This document shows, piece after piece, positions 1 through 9,860 of a stretch of 64,000 bases of DNA. The notes below the pieces were generated by a model. The model was not told the DNA's origin and made no database searches. It saw only the letters and a program-made list of their open reading frames with translations. This DNA is from a bacterium (lineage in GTDB: Bacteria; UBA8248), in the NCBI GenBank assembly GCA_965261085.1, contig OZ253442.1, positions 96,001-160,000 of the forward strand, written 5' to 3'. Position numbers and translations under genes: made by a program. Positions within the stretch are counted from its first letter, which is position 1. Each line of letters begins with the position of its first letter.

Positions 1-889
1 AGGAGAGGAGCTTTTCGAGCGACGTGCGGTTCGCCTCCACCCCGTAGGGCCAGAAATCATCCCCGAAGATCTCCCGCGTCTCGTCCATGACCGCCGGCAG
101 AAACGGGATCATGGCCGATAGCGCGCCGTTGTCATTCAGCGATTCGAGGGTCTTCTCCCGCGCCTCGCACATGGCCTGGTAAATGGCCTTGAGCGCCCAG
201 GGGTTTCGTTCTTGAATTTCTTTTCGCAGCACGACGCAGTGCATCATGGGGTGGACACCCGTTCTCTTGTAATACTCGGTCTCGGCGGTCTTGTAGTCCG
301 GGAACAGGCGCTTCACGCGTGGCGAGCCTGTTGCGAAACACGCAGGCACCTGGTGTATCAGGGCGCCATCCACCTCGCCCGATTCGAACATGTTCGATAC
401 CGTCTGGCCGGGCTTCATATAGCGGATGCGCGCGCCGGGCGGCATGGGTATCGGCACGCGCGGCTCAATCGCCGCCACCCAATCCACCGAACTCACGTCG
501 AGACCGTATTCTTCAGCGAGAATGCCCACGATCCACACGACCGCCGTCATCCCCCATTCGCGGATCGCGATTCGCTTGCCGTTCAGATTCGCCACCTCAT
601 CGACGCCCGCATCCGCGTTGGCGTAGACCATCGAATGCCGGAATACGCGGCTCGGGAAGGCGGGCATCCCCACGAAGGGACTCTCTCCTCCCCCGAGCAG
701 GAACATATGCGCGCCCATCGACATTTCGGATAAATCGAACTCCTGGTATCTGCACATGCGGAAGAATATCTCGGTGGGCGGCAGGGAGAGCACCCTGAGA
801 TTCACCCCCTGCGGGCGCACGGAGCCCATTTTGAGAATGTTGGTCCTGTCGTAATCGCCAAACGCCGCCGTAAGCTCCAGATCCGGCAT
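1..889 (-). CDS. 4,5-dihydroxyphthalate decarboxylase-like / PBP2-fold protein (runs off window start)
   Basis: Not in the ORF track; manual translation from ATG at 889 gives MPDLELTAAFGDYDRT...PPTEIFFRMCRYQEFDLSEMS...AFPSRVFRHS...DFWPYGVEANR, typical of this family. AGGGAGAAGG RBS upstream. Confidence 0.75.
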   Translation of the reverse strand, partial: MPDLELTAAFGDYDRTNILKMGSVRPQGVNLRVLSLPPTEIFFRMCRYQEFDLSEMSMGAHMFLLGGGESPFVGMPAFPSRVFRHSMVYANADAGVDEVANLNGKRIAIREWGMTAVVWIVGILAEEYGLDVSSVDWVAAIEPRVPIPMPPGARIRYMKPGQTVSNMFESGEVDGALIHQVPACFATGSPRVKRLFPDYKTAETEYYKRTGVHPMMHCVVLRKEIQERNPWALKAIYQAMCEAREKTLESLNDNGALSAMIPFLPAVMDETREIFGDDFWPYGVEANRTSLEKLLS

Positions 890-1093
890 ACCTTCTCCCT
901 TTCGCGTCATAAATCGTGAAAGCGCATATCATGGTAGTGGAACGAGCAACAGATTTCTCATAGTTTTCCCCGCTCGGCAACGAGACGAGTCCTTCTATGC
1001 GGAAAAGCCCCGAGTTGACCACCCCCCGCCCGGCGTGGCATGAAGGGTCGGGCAGTCTTGGGACCCCGCATCTACAACCGAAAAGGATGGCGC

Positions 1094-2137
1094 TTGGCTG
1101 AGAAGATAAGAGTGATCGTATGCGGATTCGGGCGCGTGGGGCGTGAATTCGCGAGACTCATCCATGAAAAAACAAATTTCATGCGCACCGCCTATGGTCT
1201 CGAGCTATCCATCGTCGGCGTGGGCGAGTTGACCGGAAGCCTCCACCGCCCCGGCGGACTCGACCCCGCAGAATCCGCGGATGCCTTCGAGCGCGAGGGC
1301 GGTTTCGCAGGCCATCCGAATCTGGAAGCCGACTGGCGGGGGCTCGACCTGATACGCTCGGCAAGCGCCGACGTTCTCATCGAGACGACGCCCACGGATA
1401 TCCAAACGGGCGAGCCCGCCATGAGCCACATACGCGAAGCGCTTTCAAGGGGAATCCACGTGGTGAGCGCGAACAAGGGGCCCTTCATCCGCGCCTACCG
1501 GGAACTGACAGGGTTGGCCAGGGAGAATAACGCGAGGTTAAAAATATCGGCGGCCGCCGCAGCCGCCCTCCCGACCATCGACGTGGCCGAAACGTGCCTC
1601 GCGGGCGCAGAGATTCTCGGCATCGAGGGCGTGCTGAACGGGACGACGAACTTCATCCTCTCGCGCATGAGAACGAGCGGCCAGAACTATGAGGAGGCGC
1701 TTGCAGAAGCCCAGGCGCTCGGCATCGCGGAGACCGACCCCACGCTCGACGTGGAGGGCTTCGACACGGCGAACAAACTCGCGCTCATCACGAACGTCTG
1801 CATGGGAGCGGATATCAAGCCTGAGGACGTAGAGCGGACGGGCATCGCCGGGATATCCCTGGCCGAAGTGCAAAGCGCGAGTGCTGAGGGCAAAATCATG
1901 CGCCTGGTGGGCGTCTCGAGGCGAGACGAAAGCGGGCGCGTCTCGGCCAGCGTCGCGCCCCAGCTTCTTACGCCCGATCATCCCCTGGCGGGCGTGGAAG
2001 GGGCGGAGAAGGGAATCACATACACGAGCGATACGATGGATCGCGTCACCGTGGTGGGCGGCAAGAGCGACCCGCGGGGCGCCGCCGCCGCGCTCCTCAA
2101 GGACCTCATCAATATCTATCGCCATTCTTCATCCTGA
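1094..2137 (+). CDS. Homoserine dehydrogenase family protein (no ACT domain)
   Basis: GFGRVG Rossmann motif, VSANKGP, GVLNGTTNFIL, DPTLDVEGFDTANKL. Likely TTG start at 1094 after AAGGA. Confidence 0.85.
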   Translation: MAEKIRVIVCGFGRVGREFARLIHEKTNFMRTAYGLELSIVGVGELTGSLHRPGGLDPAESADAFEREGGFAGHPNLEADWRGLDLIRSASADVLIETTPTDIQTGEPAMSHIREALSRGIHVVSANKGPFIRAYRELTGLARENNARLKISAAAAAALPTIDVAETCLAGAEILGIEGVLNGTTNFILSRMRTSGQNYEEALAEAQALGIAETDPTLDVEGFDTANKLALITNVCMGADIKPEDVERTGIAGISLAEVQSASAEGKIMRLVGVSRRDESGRVSASVAPQLLTPDHPLAGVEGAEKGITYTSDTMDRVTVVGGKSDPRGAAAALLKDLINIYRHSSS

Positions 2138-2152
2138 ATCCGGAGATTTTCC

Positions 2153-3754
2153 ATGAACAACGCGGACCTGATCGTCAAAACCATGAAGGAAGCGGGCGTC
2201 ACGCACTGCTTCGGTATCCCGAGCGGAAACGTCCTGCCCATGCTCGAGGCCATGCGCAAGGGGGGCCTCACCTTCGTCCTCACCGCGCATGAAGGCTCCG
2301 CGAGCTTCGCCGCCGACGTGATGGGCCGCCTGACGGGCGCGCCGGGCTTTTGCATCGCCACCCTCGGTCCCGGCGCCACCAACCTCTCGACCGGCGTGGG
2401 CAACGCCTATCTGGACCGCTCCCCGCTCATCGCCCTCACCTGCAACCTGCATACGCACCAGCTCGGGCGCCGCATCCAGATGTATATCGACCACCACACC
2501 CTCTACCGGCCCATCAGCAAGGCGAGTCTTCCGCTCAGAAAAGGCCGCGTCGCCTCGGTATTGGAAGAAGCAATGGGCCTGGCGATGAGCGAGCCGCACG
2601 GTCCGGTGCATCTGGACCTGCCCGAAGACGTATCGCTCGCGCCCGCCACCGAGGAGCTTCCCCCGCTTCCCCAGGGAAAGCGCTACCGGGCGGCGCCCGA
2701 GAGCGCATTCAAAAAACTGGAATCCCTTCTCCAGAACGCCAAACGGCCCATCGCCGTCCTGGGCTCGACGAGCATGCGGATGGAAAACCCCGCACTCCTG
2801 CGCGCCTTCATCGACAAGCACCAGCTCCCCTTCGCCACGACCACCATGGCCAAGGGGATGATAGATGAGGATCATCCGCTATCCATAGGCTGCATCGAAC
2901 GCGGAAAGCGCCAGGTGCAGCGCGAGTTCCTGAGAAGCGCAGACCTGATCCTCGGAATCGGCTACGACGTGATCGAGGTGGAATACGAACAATGGATAAA
3001 AGACGCGCCGCTCGTAAGCGTGGACATCGACCCGGTGGACGCGGACTCTTCGGTCGACATCGCACACGAGGTGGTGGGCGACCTGGATGCTTCCCTAAAG
3101 CGCATGACCGACTTCACGCCCGGCAGCTACGAATGGCCGTCTGACGCCGCCTTGCGGCACAAGGAGAAATTCCAGAAGGCGCTACGTCCCCAGGTTCCGC
3201 ATTTCGCGGCCCACGAGGCCATCGACGTGGTGCGCGAGGTGACGCCCAGGGAGGGGATACTCTCTTTCGACGTAGGCGCGCACACGCACCAGATAGCCAG
3301 CCAGTGGACGGTGCATGAGCCGCGCACCTTCCTGATCACGAACGGGTGGTCCTCGATGGGCTTCGGCCTGCCGGGCGCCATCGCCGCCAAACTCGCGCAT
3401 CCCGAAAAACCCGTCGTCGCCCTCATTGGAGATGGGTGTTTCCAGATGACGTGCGGTGAGGTGGCCGTCGCCAAGAGAATGGGTCTCGCCATCCCCATCG
3501 TCGTCCTGGACGACCGCTGGCTCTCGCTCATCCAGGTCAAGCAGGACAGGCGGGAGTACGGCCGCTACGGAACCGAACTCCAGGCCGAGGAATACCAGGC
3601 GCCGCCCGCTCATTATTTCGGCGTGCCAGCGGTAGGCGTGCGAACGCCCGAGGAACTGCAAAAGGCGCTCCGCCAGGCCTTCGACGCCGACGGGCCGACC
3701 GTCATCGAAGCGGTGGTGGATTCCGCGCATTATGACGACACGGTGTTCGACTAG
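2153..3754 (+). CDS. Thiamine diphosphate-dependent enzyme (acetolactate synthase-like superfamily)
   Basis: HEGSASFAAD, GPGATN, SMGFGLPGAIAA and GDG ThDP motif; GGAG RBS. Confidence 0.9.
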   Translation: MNNADLIVKTMKEAGVTHCFGIPSGNVLPMLEAMRKGGLTFVLTAHEGSASFAADVMGRLTGAPGFCIATLGPGATNLSTGVGNAYLDRSPLIALTCNLHTHQLGRRIQMYIDHHTLYRPISKASLPLRKGRVASVLEEAMGLAMSEPHGPVHLDLPEDVSLAPATEELPPLPQGKRYRAAPESAFKKLESLLQNAKRPIAVLGSTSMRMENPALLRAFIDKHQLPFATTTMAKGMIDEDHPLSIGCIERGKRQVQREFLRSADLILGIGYDVIEVEYEQWIKDAPLVSVDIDPVDADSSVDIAHEVVGDLDASLKRMTDFTPGSYEWPSDAALRHKEKFQKALRPQVPHFAAHEAIDVVREVTPREGILSFDVGAHTHQIASQWTVHEPRTFLITNGWSSMGFGLPGAIAAKLAHPEKPVVALIGDGCFQMTCGEVAVAKRMGLAIPIVVLDDRWLSLIQVKQDRREYGRYGTELQAEEYQAPPAHYFGVPAVGVRTPEELQKALRQAFDADGPTVIEAVVDSAHYDDTVFD

Positions 3755-3829
3755 AAAGGTCCTCGAACCGGGCAATTCTGGTAATGTTTCCTCAAAAGAA
3801 TTTGCGACACACTTCGAGGAGAAAACGTC

Positions 3830-4771
3830 ATGCCCAAAACTTGCAATCAGTTTCGATATTGGTCCCAAATGGTCTTTGTTGCGGCGATATCGGCCGTCGC
3901 GGCGGCTTCATCCGTCGATGCCGCGCCATACGACATCGTTGTGAAAAGCATGAAGACCAAAATCCGAATCGGCGGTTACGATTATTCGCTGGAAGGAAGA
4001 TTGTTTCGTCCCGAAGGCAAGGGCAGGTTTCCCCTGGTCGTCCTCGCGCACGGTACATGCGGCAAAAGATGCAGGCGCAAGTATCCGGAAAGTCGCATGG
4101 CTTCTCCCGCGCTGGTCTTCGCTCGATCCGGCTACGCCGCATACACGTTCAATAGAATCGGGTACGGGAACTCCGACGGTTACGAGTGGGACGACCACAA
4201 ACCATTCGAACGTTCTGGGGGGTGCAATGAGCAAAATTACCTCCAAGCGGCGAGAGGTAGCGGATTACAAATCCGGCTGGTCATAGAAGCCTTAGTCCGG
4301 CAAAAACTAAAATACGTGGATACCGGGAAAATACTGGCGGTGGGCCAATCCGGAGGAGGCCTGGCCGTATTCGGCTTGACTGAAGGCCCGAAACCGCATG
4401 AACACCTGGCGGGCTTAAAGGGGGTGATCAGCACGGCCGGCGCGCTGGGAGGAGGCTGCGCAAATGGCGATTATCTGGGTCCTCATTTTTTCAACGAGAA
4501 TATGGTTGAAATGTACAAAACATTCGGTCGAAAATCCAAAACGCCGGTTCTGATGGTTTATGCGAAAAACGACCCCCGAACGGTCAGGGCCACATCCTGG
4601 CGAGATGCGTACAACCAGAGCGGAGGCAATGCCAGGCTGATCATCCTGCCCGATCAAGGCAGCTCACCGAAGCAAGCGCATGGGTACTTTTACAAGGAAT
4701 GGTCGACGGAAGCATGGAAACCCCATTTCAGCGCGTTTCTCTCCTCGCTCGGTTTGCCAAAGCTGAATTGA
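3830..4771 (+). CDS. Secreted alpha/beta hydrolase (dienelactone hydrolase/peptidase S9-like)
   Basis: Signal-peptide-like N-terminus, PLVVLAHG, GQSGGG nucleophile elbow, candidate Asp (KND) and His (AHG) residues. Confidence 0.7.
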   Translation: MPKTCNQFRYWSQMVFVAAISAVAAASSVDAAPYDIVVKSMKTKIRIGGYDYSLEGRLFRPEGKGRFPLVVLAHGTCGKRCRRKYPESRMASPALVFARSGYAAYTFNRIGYGNSDGYEWDDHKPFERSGGCNEQNYLQAARGSGLQIRLVIEALVRQKLKYVDTGKILAVGQSGGGLAVFGLTEGPKPHEHLAGLKGVISTAGALGGGCANGDYLGPHFFNENMVEMYKTFGRKSKTPVLMVYAKNDPRTVRATSWRDAYNQSGGNARLIILPDQGSSPKQAHGYFYKEWSTEAWKPHFSAFLSSLGLPKLN

Positions 4772-4850
4772 CACCGGACGGCGGCGAGCGCCTCGTTGAC
4801 GCCGGAGATTCCTCTCCCGGCGCGCCGTTCCACCGGGCGAATTCAGACTT

Positions 4851-5073
4851 TATCCTTGTAAATTGAAAGTCTGATTTTTAATTTACAAGGATACTGTATC
4901 TTCTTTAGTTCCAAAATGAGCCTGACCGCCCCGATCCGGGCAGATTCCGAGCTTCCAGCCAGCGTTGAGTCGCCTCATCTATCTTGTTTAATGAAAGTTA
5001 AATTTTTGATTTACTAGAATAATATAATATTATCCTTGCAAATTAAAAATGTATGTTTTAGTTTACAAGAATG
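4851..5073. promoter_or_regulatory. Three copies of a ~43-bp palindromic unit upstream of the AAA ATPase
   Basis: 4851-4893 TATCCTTGTAAATT-N15-AATTTACAAGGATA (perfect 14-bp arms); degenerate copies at ~4980-5021 and 5031-5073, the last ending on the ATG. Confidence 0.65.
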
Positions 5074-6249
5074 ATACGTCGCCGCTCAAATCAAAACGTG
5101 CTGAACGCGCTCGGACGCCAAGCCGCCGTGGTCTTGCTCGGCGCTCGCCAAGTCGGAAAGACAACGCTGGCGCTCGACATCGCCGAAAACGCGGACGCGG
5201 TTTATCTCGACCTCGAATCCCGCGCGGACCGGGAGAAGCTCGCCGAGCCCGCGCTCTACCTCGACGAATACGAGGATCGCCTCGTCATCCTCGACGAGAT
5301 TCACCGCGCGCCGGAATTGTTCCAGGAACTACGCGGACTGATCGACCGGGGCCGGCGGCGGGGAAAGCGGACGGGCCGCTTCCTGATATTGGGATCGGCC
5401 TCGCTGGACCTGCTCCGGCAATCGGGGGAGAGCCTCGCCGGGCGAATAGAATACGTCGAACTCGACCCGCTCGACGTAAGCGAAGCCGCGCCCGACGCGC
5501 GGGCCATGACGTCGCTATGGGTACGCGGTGGTTTCCCGGACAGCTTCCTGGCCGCCGACGACCCCGACAGCATGACCTTCCGGCGGAATTTCGTCCGTTC
5601 CTATCTGGAGCGCGACGTAGCGCAGTTCGGCCGGCGCATCCCGGCGGAGACGCTGGAGCGGTTCTGGACCATGCTGGCGCACGGCCAGGGCACGCTGCTC
5701 AACGCATCGAAGCTGGCCGCAGGCCTTTCGGTCAGCGCCCCGACGGTGAGCAGCTACATCGACCTGCTGGTCGACCTGCTTCTCGTCCGCCGCCTGCGCC
5801 CGTTCCACGCGAACGTGAAAAAGCGCCTCGTCAAATCACCGAAAATCTACGTGCGCGACAGCGGCATCGTCCATGCCCTGCTCGGGGTCGAGGACCATGA
5901 CGCGCTCGCCGGTCACCCGGTCGTCGGCGCTAGTTGGGAGGGTTTCGTCATCGAGAACCTCCTCGCTGTCGCCCCGCCCCGGACCATGGCGAGCTTCTAC
6001 CGCACTCTGGCGGGCGCGGAAATCGACCTGCTGCTCGAACTCCCGGGGAAGCGGGGCCCTTGGGCAATCGAGATCAAGCGCGGCCTCTCCGCAGGCCCCG
6101 GAAGGGGCTTCCACCACGCCCGTGAGGACGTGAAGCCCGAGCGCGCCTTCATCGTCTATTCCGGCGAGGAGCGCTACCCCATCGCAAAAGACGTCGAGGC
6201 CATCGGCCTCCGGGAGATGGCCTCCCTCATAGAGCGTGGAGAGGAGTAG
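5071..6249 (+). CDS. AAA+ ATPase, AAA_14 + DUF4143 family
   Basis: GARQVGKT Walker A, ILDEIH Walker B, KSPKIYVRDSG, WEGFV, EIDLL...IEIK nuclease-like tail. Confidence 0.9.
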   Translation: MIRRRSNQNVLNALGRQAAVVLLGARQVGKTTLALDIAENADAVYLDLESRADREKLAEPALYLDEYEDRLVILDEIHRAPELFQELRGLIDRGRRRGKRTGRFLILGSASLDLLRQSGESLAGRIEYVELDPLDVSEAAPDARAMTSLWVRGGFPDSFLAADDPDSMTFRRNFVRSYLERDVAQFGRRIPAETLERFWTMLAHGQGTLLNASKLAAGLSVSAPTVSSYIDLLVDLLLVRRLRPFHANVKKRLVKSPKIYVRDSGIVHALLGVEDHDALAGHPVVGASWEGFVIENLLAVAPPRTMASFYRTLAGAEIDLLLELPGKRGPWAIEIKRGLSAGPGRGFHHAREDVKPERAFIVYSGEERYPIAKDVEAIGLREMASLIERGEE

Positions 6250-6274
6250 GCGAGAGCGAACTCAGCGAGCGTCC

Positions 6275-6652
6275 TCAAAGAAACTGCGCGTTCTCGATGA
6301 TCGCCTCATCGAAATTCACGCCCTCGATGTCGGCGCCGGTCAACTCCGCGTCCCGGAAGCTCGCGCCGGCGACATCCGCATCACAAAGGTTCGCGTCGCG
6401 GAGGATGGCCCCGTCCAGATCCGCGTTTCGCAGATCCGCCTCGCGCATGTCCGCGCCCGAGAGATCCGCACCGCTCAAGTTCGCGCGCACCAGACTCGCA
6501 CCTCTCAGATTGGCGTCCGTGAGGTCGCACCCGCTCAAGTTCGCCCAGGAGAGGTCCTTTCCCTCCATCGAAAGAGGTTCGCCCCTTCGAGCGGCGTGTT
6601 CGATGATTTTCTCCAACTCTTCTCGCCGCATGTTCATGATGGGGAAAATCAT
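6275..6652 (-). CDS. Pentapeptide repeat protein
   Basis: Tandem A(N/D)LxG/A(D/N)LR pentapeptides. Confidence 0.85.
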   Translation of the reverse strand: MIFPIMNMRREELEKIIEHAARRGEPLSMEGKDLSWANLSGCDLTDANLRGASLVRANLSGADLSGADMREADLRNADLDGAILRDANLCDADVAGASFRDAELTGADIEGVNFDEAIIENAQFL

Positions 6653-6851
6653 AAATCAGATCGGTAAACTTGCAAGGCCGGATTGACAAGAATCCGGCGC
6701 GAAGCCTACAAAGAGACCCATGCGCGAACACTTTGAAGATGAGCAACCGCCCCTCTTCGAAGAATCATCAAACTGAAAATGCGCTCTACAAGCAGCCAGA
6801 ATCCAGGCTGGGGAGAACGTCCCCGCCGGTGATAATCGACAGGAGAATTCC

Positions 6852-8633
6852 ATGAAGGTTCAAAAGGTAGGCGTCGTCGGTTTGGGAACGATGGGCTCGA
6901 ACATCGCTATCGTATGCGCCCGGGGCGGCAAGGAGACGGTGGTGTTCGAGGCCAACCCCGCGGCCATGGAATCCGGCATGGGGCGGGTGCGCGCCTTCCT
7001 CGACGCAGGCGTGCAAAAGGGCAAAACCTCCCCCGAGGAGAGAGACGCGATGATGGGCCGGATTAGTCAGGCCGGGTCGCTCTCCGGGCTCGAGGATTGC
7101 GATTTGGTGATCGAGGCCATCACCGAAGACCGCGAGGAGAAGAACAAGCTGCTCAGGAGCCTGAACGCCGTCCTGGGCAAGCGCGCCATCATCGCGTCCA
7201 ACACGAGCACGCTATCCATCTCCCACATGGGGGCGGCGTCGGGGCGGCCGTCCAAGACCATCGGCGCGCATTTCTGCCTGCCCGCAGCACTCAACAAGCT
7301 CGTGGAAGTCGTCCCCGGCCTCCTCACGAGCGATGACACCACAAGCGCGACAAGCGCCTTTCTGGAAGAAGTCGGCCAGACGCCCGTCACGGTCAAGGAT
7401 GCGCCCGGCTTCGTACTCAACTATTTCCTCGTGGCGTTTCAGAACGACTGCATCCGCCTCATCGAATCGGGCTACACCAACCCGGCGGACCTGGACGCGG
7501 GCGTGCGGCTCGGCCTGGGCTACAGGATGGGCCCCATGCGCCTGCTCGACATCGAGGGGCTCGACATTCACCGAACGGTCTCGCTCTCGATGTACGAACA
7601 ATTAAAGGACTCGCGCTACATCCCCCCGCCGCTGGTGGACCGCATGATAGACGGAGGCCATCTGGGCGCTAAGACGGGAAAGGGGTTTTACACCTATAAA
7701 TCCGCGGGCGTGTTCGGCGTCGCGGAACCCGAAGAAGACGCCGCGCATGCGCGCGACCTCTCCCGGGGACAACCCATCGCTGACGCGGTGAAAAAAGTGG
7801 GCGTGGTCGGCCTGGGCGCCATGGGTTCGGGCATCGCGCAGGTCTGCATCACCGCGGGGCTTGCGGTCACCGGCGTCGAGGTGAACCCGGACGCCCTGGA
7901 AGCGGGCCTCACCCGCATTCACAGGAACCTGGGCGGCGCGGTAAAACGCGGCAAGATGGATGAGGCCCGGAAAGAGGAAACGCTCGCGCGCCTGAGCGGG
8001 TCGACCGATCTGGACGCGCTTTCCGATTGCGACCTCATCATCGAGGTGATCGTCGAGAATCTGGACGCCAAGCTCGTGTTGTTCGAAAAGCTTGGGGCCA
8101 TCGCGAAAGAAGGCACCATCATCGCGTCGAACACCTCGTGCCTGTCGGTGACCGCCATGGCGGCCAAGACGAAAACCCCCGAGCGCGTGCTCGGCCTTCA
8201 CTTCTTCAACCCGCCCTACGCCATGCGGCTCGTCGAGGTGGTCGAGGCCATCCAGACGGCGCCCGAGATCACCGAGTTCGGGATCGCGTTCTGCCGCCGC
8301 ATCGGCAAGACGCCCATTCCCGTGAAGGACAGGCCGGGGTTCCTGGTGAACCGCCTCCTGGTGCCCTATCTCAACCACGCCGCCCATGCGTTCGATGAGG
8401 GACTCGCGGACAGAGAGAGCATGGACAAGGCTATCAGCATGGGACTCGGACACCCCATGGGCCCGCTCACGCTCATCGACCTGGTGGGCGTGGACGTGCA
8501 GACCTTCGTCGCCGATTCGATGGCCGACGAACTGGGCGAGGCCAGGTTCTACGCGCCGCCCATCCTGCGCCGGATGACCTCGGCGCAGTGGCTGGGGAGA
8601 AAGACGGGCAAGGGCTTTTATGATTACGCATAG
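6852..8633 (+). CDS. Tandem (double) 3-hydroxyacyl-CoA dehydrogenase
   Basis: Two complete units, each with GxGxMG, ASNTS, HF.., PGF..N, MGP..L.D and G.KTGKGFY. Confidence 0.9.
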   Translation: MKVQKVGVVGLGTMGSNIAIVCARGGKETVVFEANPAAMESGMGRVRAFLDAGVQKGKTSPEERDAMMGRISQAGSLSGLEDCDLVIEAITEDREEKNKLLRSLNAVLGKRAIIASNTSTLSISHMGAASGRPSKTIGAHFCLPAALNKLVEVVPGLLTSDDTTSATSAFLEEVGQTPVTVKDAPGFVLNYFLVAFQNDCIRLIESGYTNPADLDAGVRLGLGYRMGPMRLLDIEGLDIHRTVSLSMYEQLKDSRYIPPPLVDRMIDGGHLGAKTGKGFYTYKSAGVFGVAEPEEDAAHARDLSRGQPIADAVKKVGVVGLGAMGSGIAQVCITAGLAVTGVEVNPDALEAGLTRIHRNLGGAVKRGKMDEARKEETLARLSGSTDLDALSDCDLIIEVIVENLDAKLVLFEKLGAIAKEGTIIASNTSCLSVTAMAAKTKTPERVLGLHFFNPPYAMRLVEVVEAIQTAPEITEFGIAFCRRIGKTPIPVKDRPGFLVNRLLVPYLNHAAHAFDEGLADRESMDKAISMGLGHPMGPLTLIDLVGVDVQTFVADSMADELGEARFYAPPILRRMTSAQWLGRKTGKGFYDYA

Positions 8634-8707
8634 GCGGCCTTAGCCGTAGCCGCCCCGGAATTCACGATGCCGACCGCCGCCACGCCCATCGCCCGGGGAG
8701 AGGCGCA

Positions 8708-9658
8708 GTGAGCCGAGCGTTCGCAAAACCCATCGTCGTGGTGAGCAAGTGCCTCGAGTTCGAGGCATGCCGCTACAACGGCGAGCGAATTTCATCGCGC
8801 TTCATCGAACGGCTCAACCCGCACGTCCGCTTCCGGCCGGTATGCCCCGAGGTGGAGATAGATCTCGGCACGCCGCGAGACCCGATACGAATCTATTTAG
8901 AAGACGAAAAGAAGGCCCTCTACCAGCCCGGCACGCGCAAACACCTGACCCAGAAGATGAACGCCTTTTCCGGGCGGTTTCTCGCGAGTCTCGAAGAGGT
9001 CGACGGCTTTATCCTGAAAGCGAAATCCCCGTCTTGCGCGATTACGGACGCCAAGATATTTCCCGCTCCCGCCTCGACCGGCCACATCGCCCAGGGGTCG
9101 GGCGTGTTCGCCGAGGCTGCGCTCGAAAAGTTCAGCAAGCACGCGTTCGTGGATGAGACGGGGCTGAACTACAGGCAAGTTCGCGCGGGTTTTCTCACCA
9201 GAATCTTCGCGCTCGCCGGCTTCCGCGAAGCCGGGAAATCAGGCCGCCCCGCCCGCCTCGTCCGCTACCACGCGGAGAACAAACTCCTGTTCATGGCCTA
9301 CCATCAAGAGACCATGCGTGAGATGGGGAGAATCATGGCGAATCACCAAACGCGCGAATTCAGCGAGGTCGTCTCCGCTTACGAAAGCGCGCTCACGAGA
9401 CTCCTCTCCCATCCGCCTGCGCGCGCCTCATACGTGAACGCCCTCACCCACGCAATGGGGCATTTTTCCGAGAAAACCAGCAGGGAAGAGAAGAGTCGCT
9501 TTCTCGCTACGCTCGAAGAATACCGGGAGGGAAAAATTCCGCTGAGCGAACCGCTCGAAATGCTTGAAGACTGGACGGCGCGCCTGGGCTCAGAGTACCT
9601 GGAAGCGCAGACTCTCTTCGAGCCCTATCCGAGGGTGTTGGGGGGTGGGGGGGAATGA
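8708..9658 (+). CDS. DUF523 (2-thiouracil desulfurase-like) + DUF1722 (YbgA) protein
   Basis: SKCL...CRYNG, CPEVE...GTPRDPIR, KSPSC; C-terminal YHAENKLLFMAY...HAMGHF...FEPYP. Confidence 0.85.
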   Translation: MSRAFAKPIVVVSKCLEFEACRYNGERISSRFIERLNPHVRFRPVCPEVEIDLGTPRDPIRIYLEDEKKALYQPGTRKHLTQKMNAFSGRFLASLEEVDGFILKAKSPSCAITDAKIFPAPASTGHIAQGSGVFAEAALEKFSKHAFVDETGLNYRQVRAGFLTRIFALAGFREAGKSGRPARLVRYHAENKLLFMAYHQETMREMGRIMANHQTREFSEVVSAYESALTRLLSHPPARASYVNALTHAMGHFSEKTSREEKSRFLATLEEYREGKIPLSEPLEMLEDWTARLGSEYLEAQTLFEPYPRVLGGGGE

Positions 9659-9860
9659 TCGAAAATACAATCAAAGTACTTCCAGATGGCCGATATTCCG
9701 CTCCCACTGTGTGGAAAATACAAGTACATGACCGATATAACCGAATATTAATGCACAGCTTAAAACAACGATATTGCATTATTGCTTGACAAAATGTTAT
9801 ATTTCTGCAAATTAAGCTTTATCTTGGCGCATTCATCGTCAAGAAAAGGAGAGAATCGAC

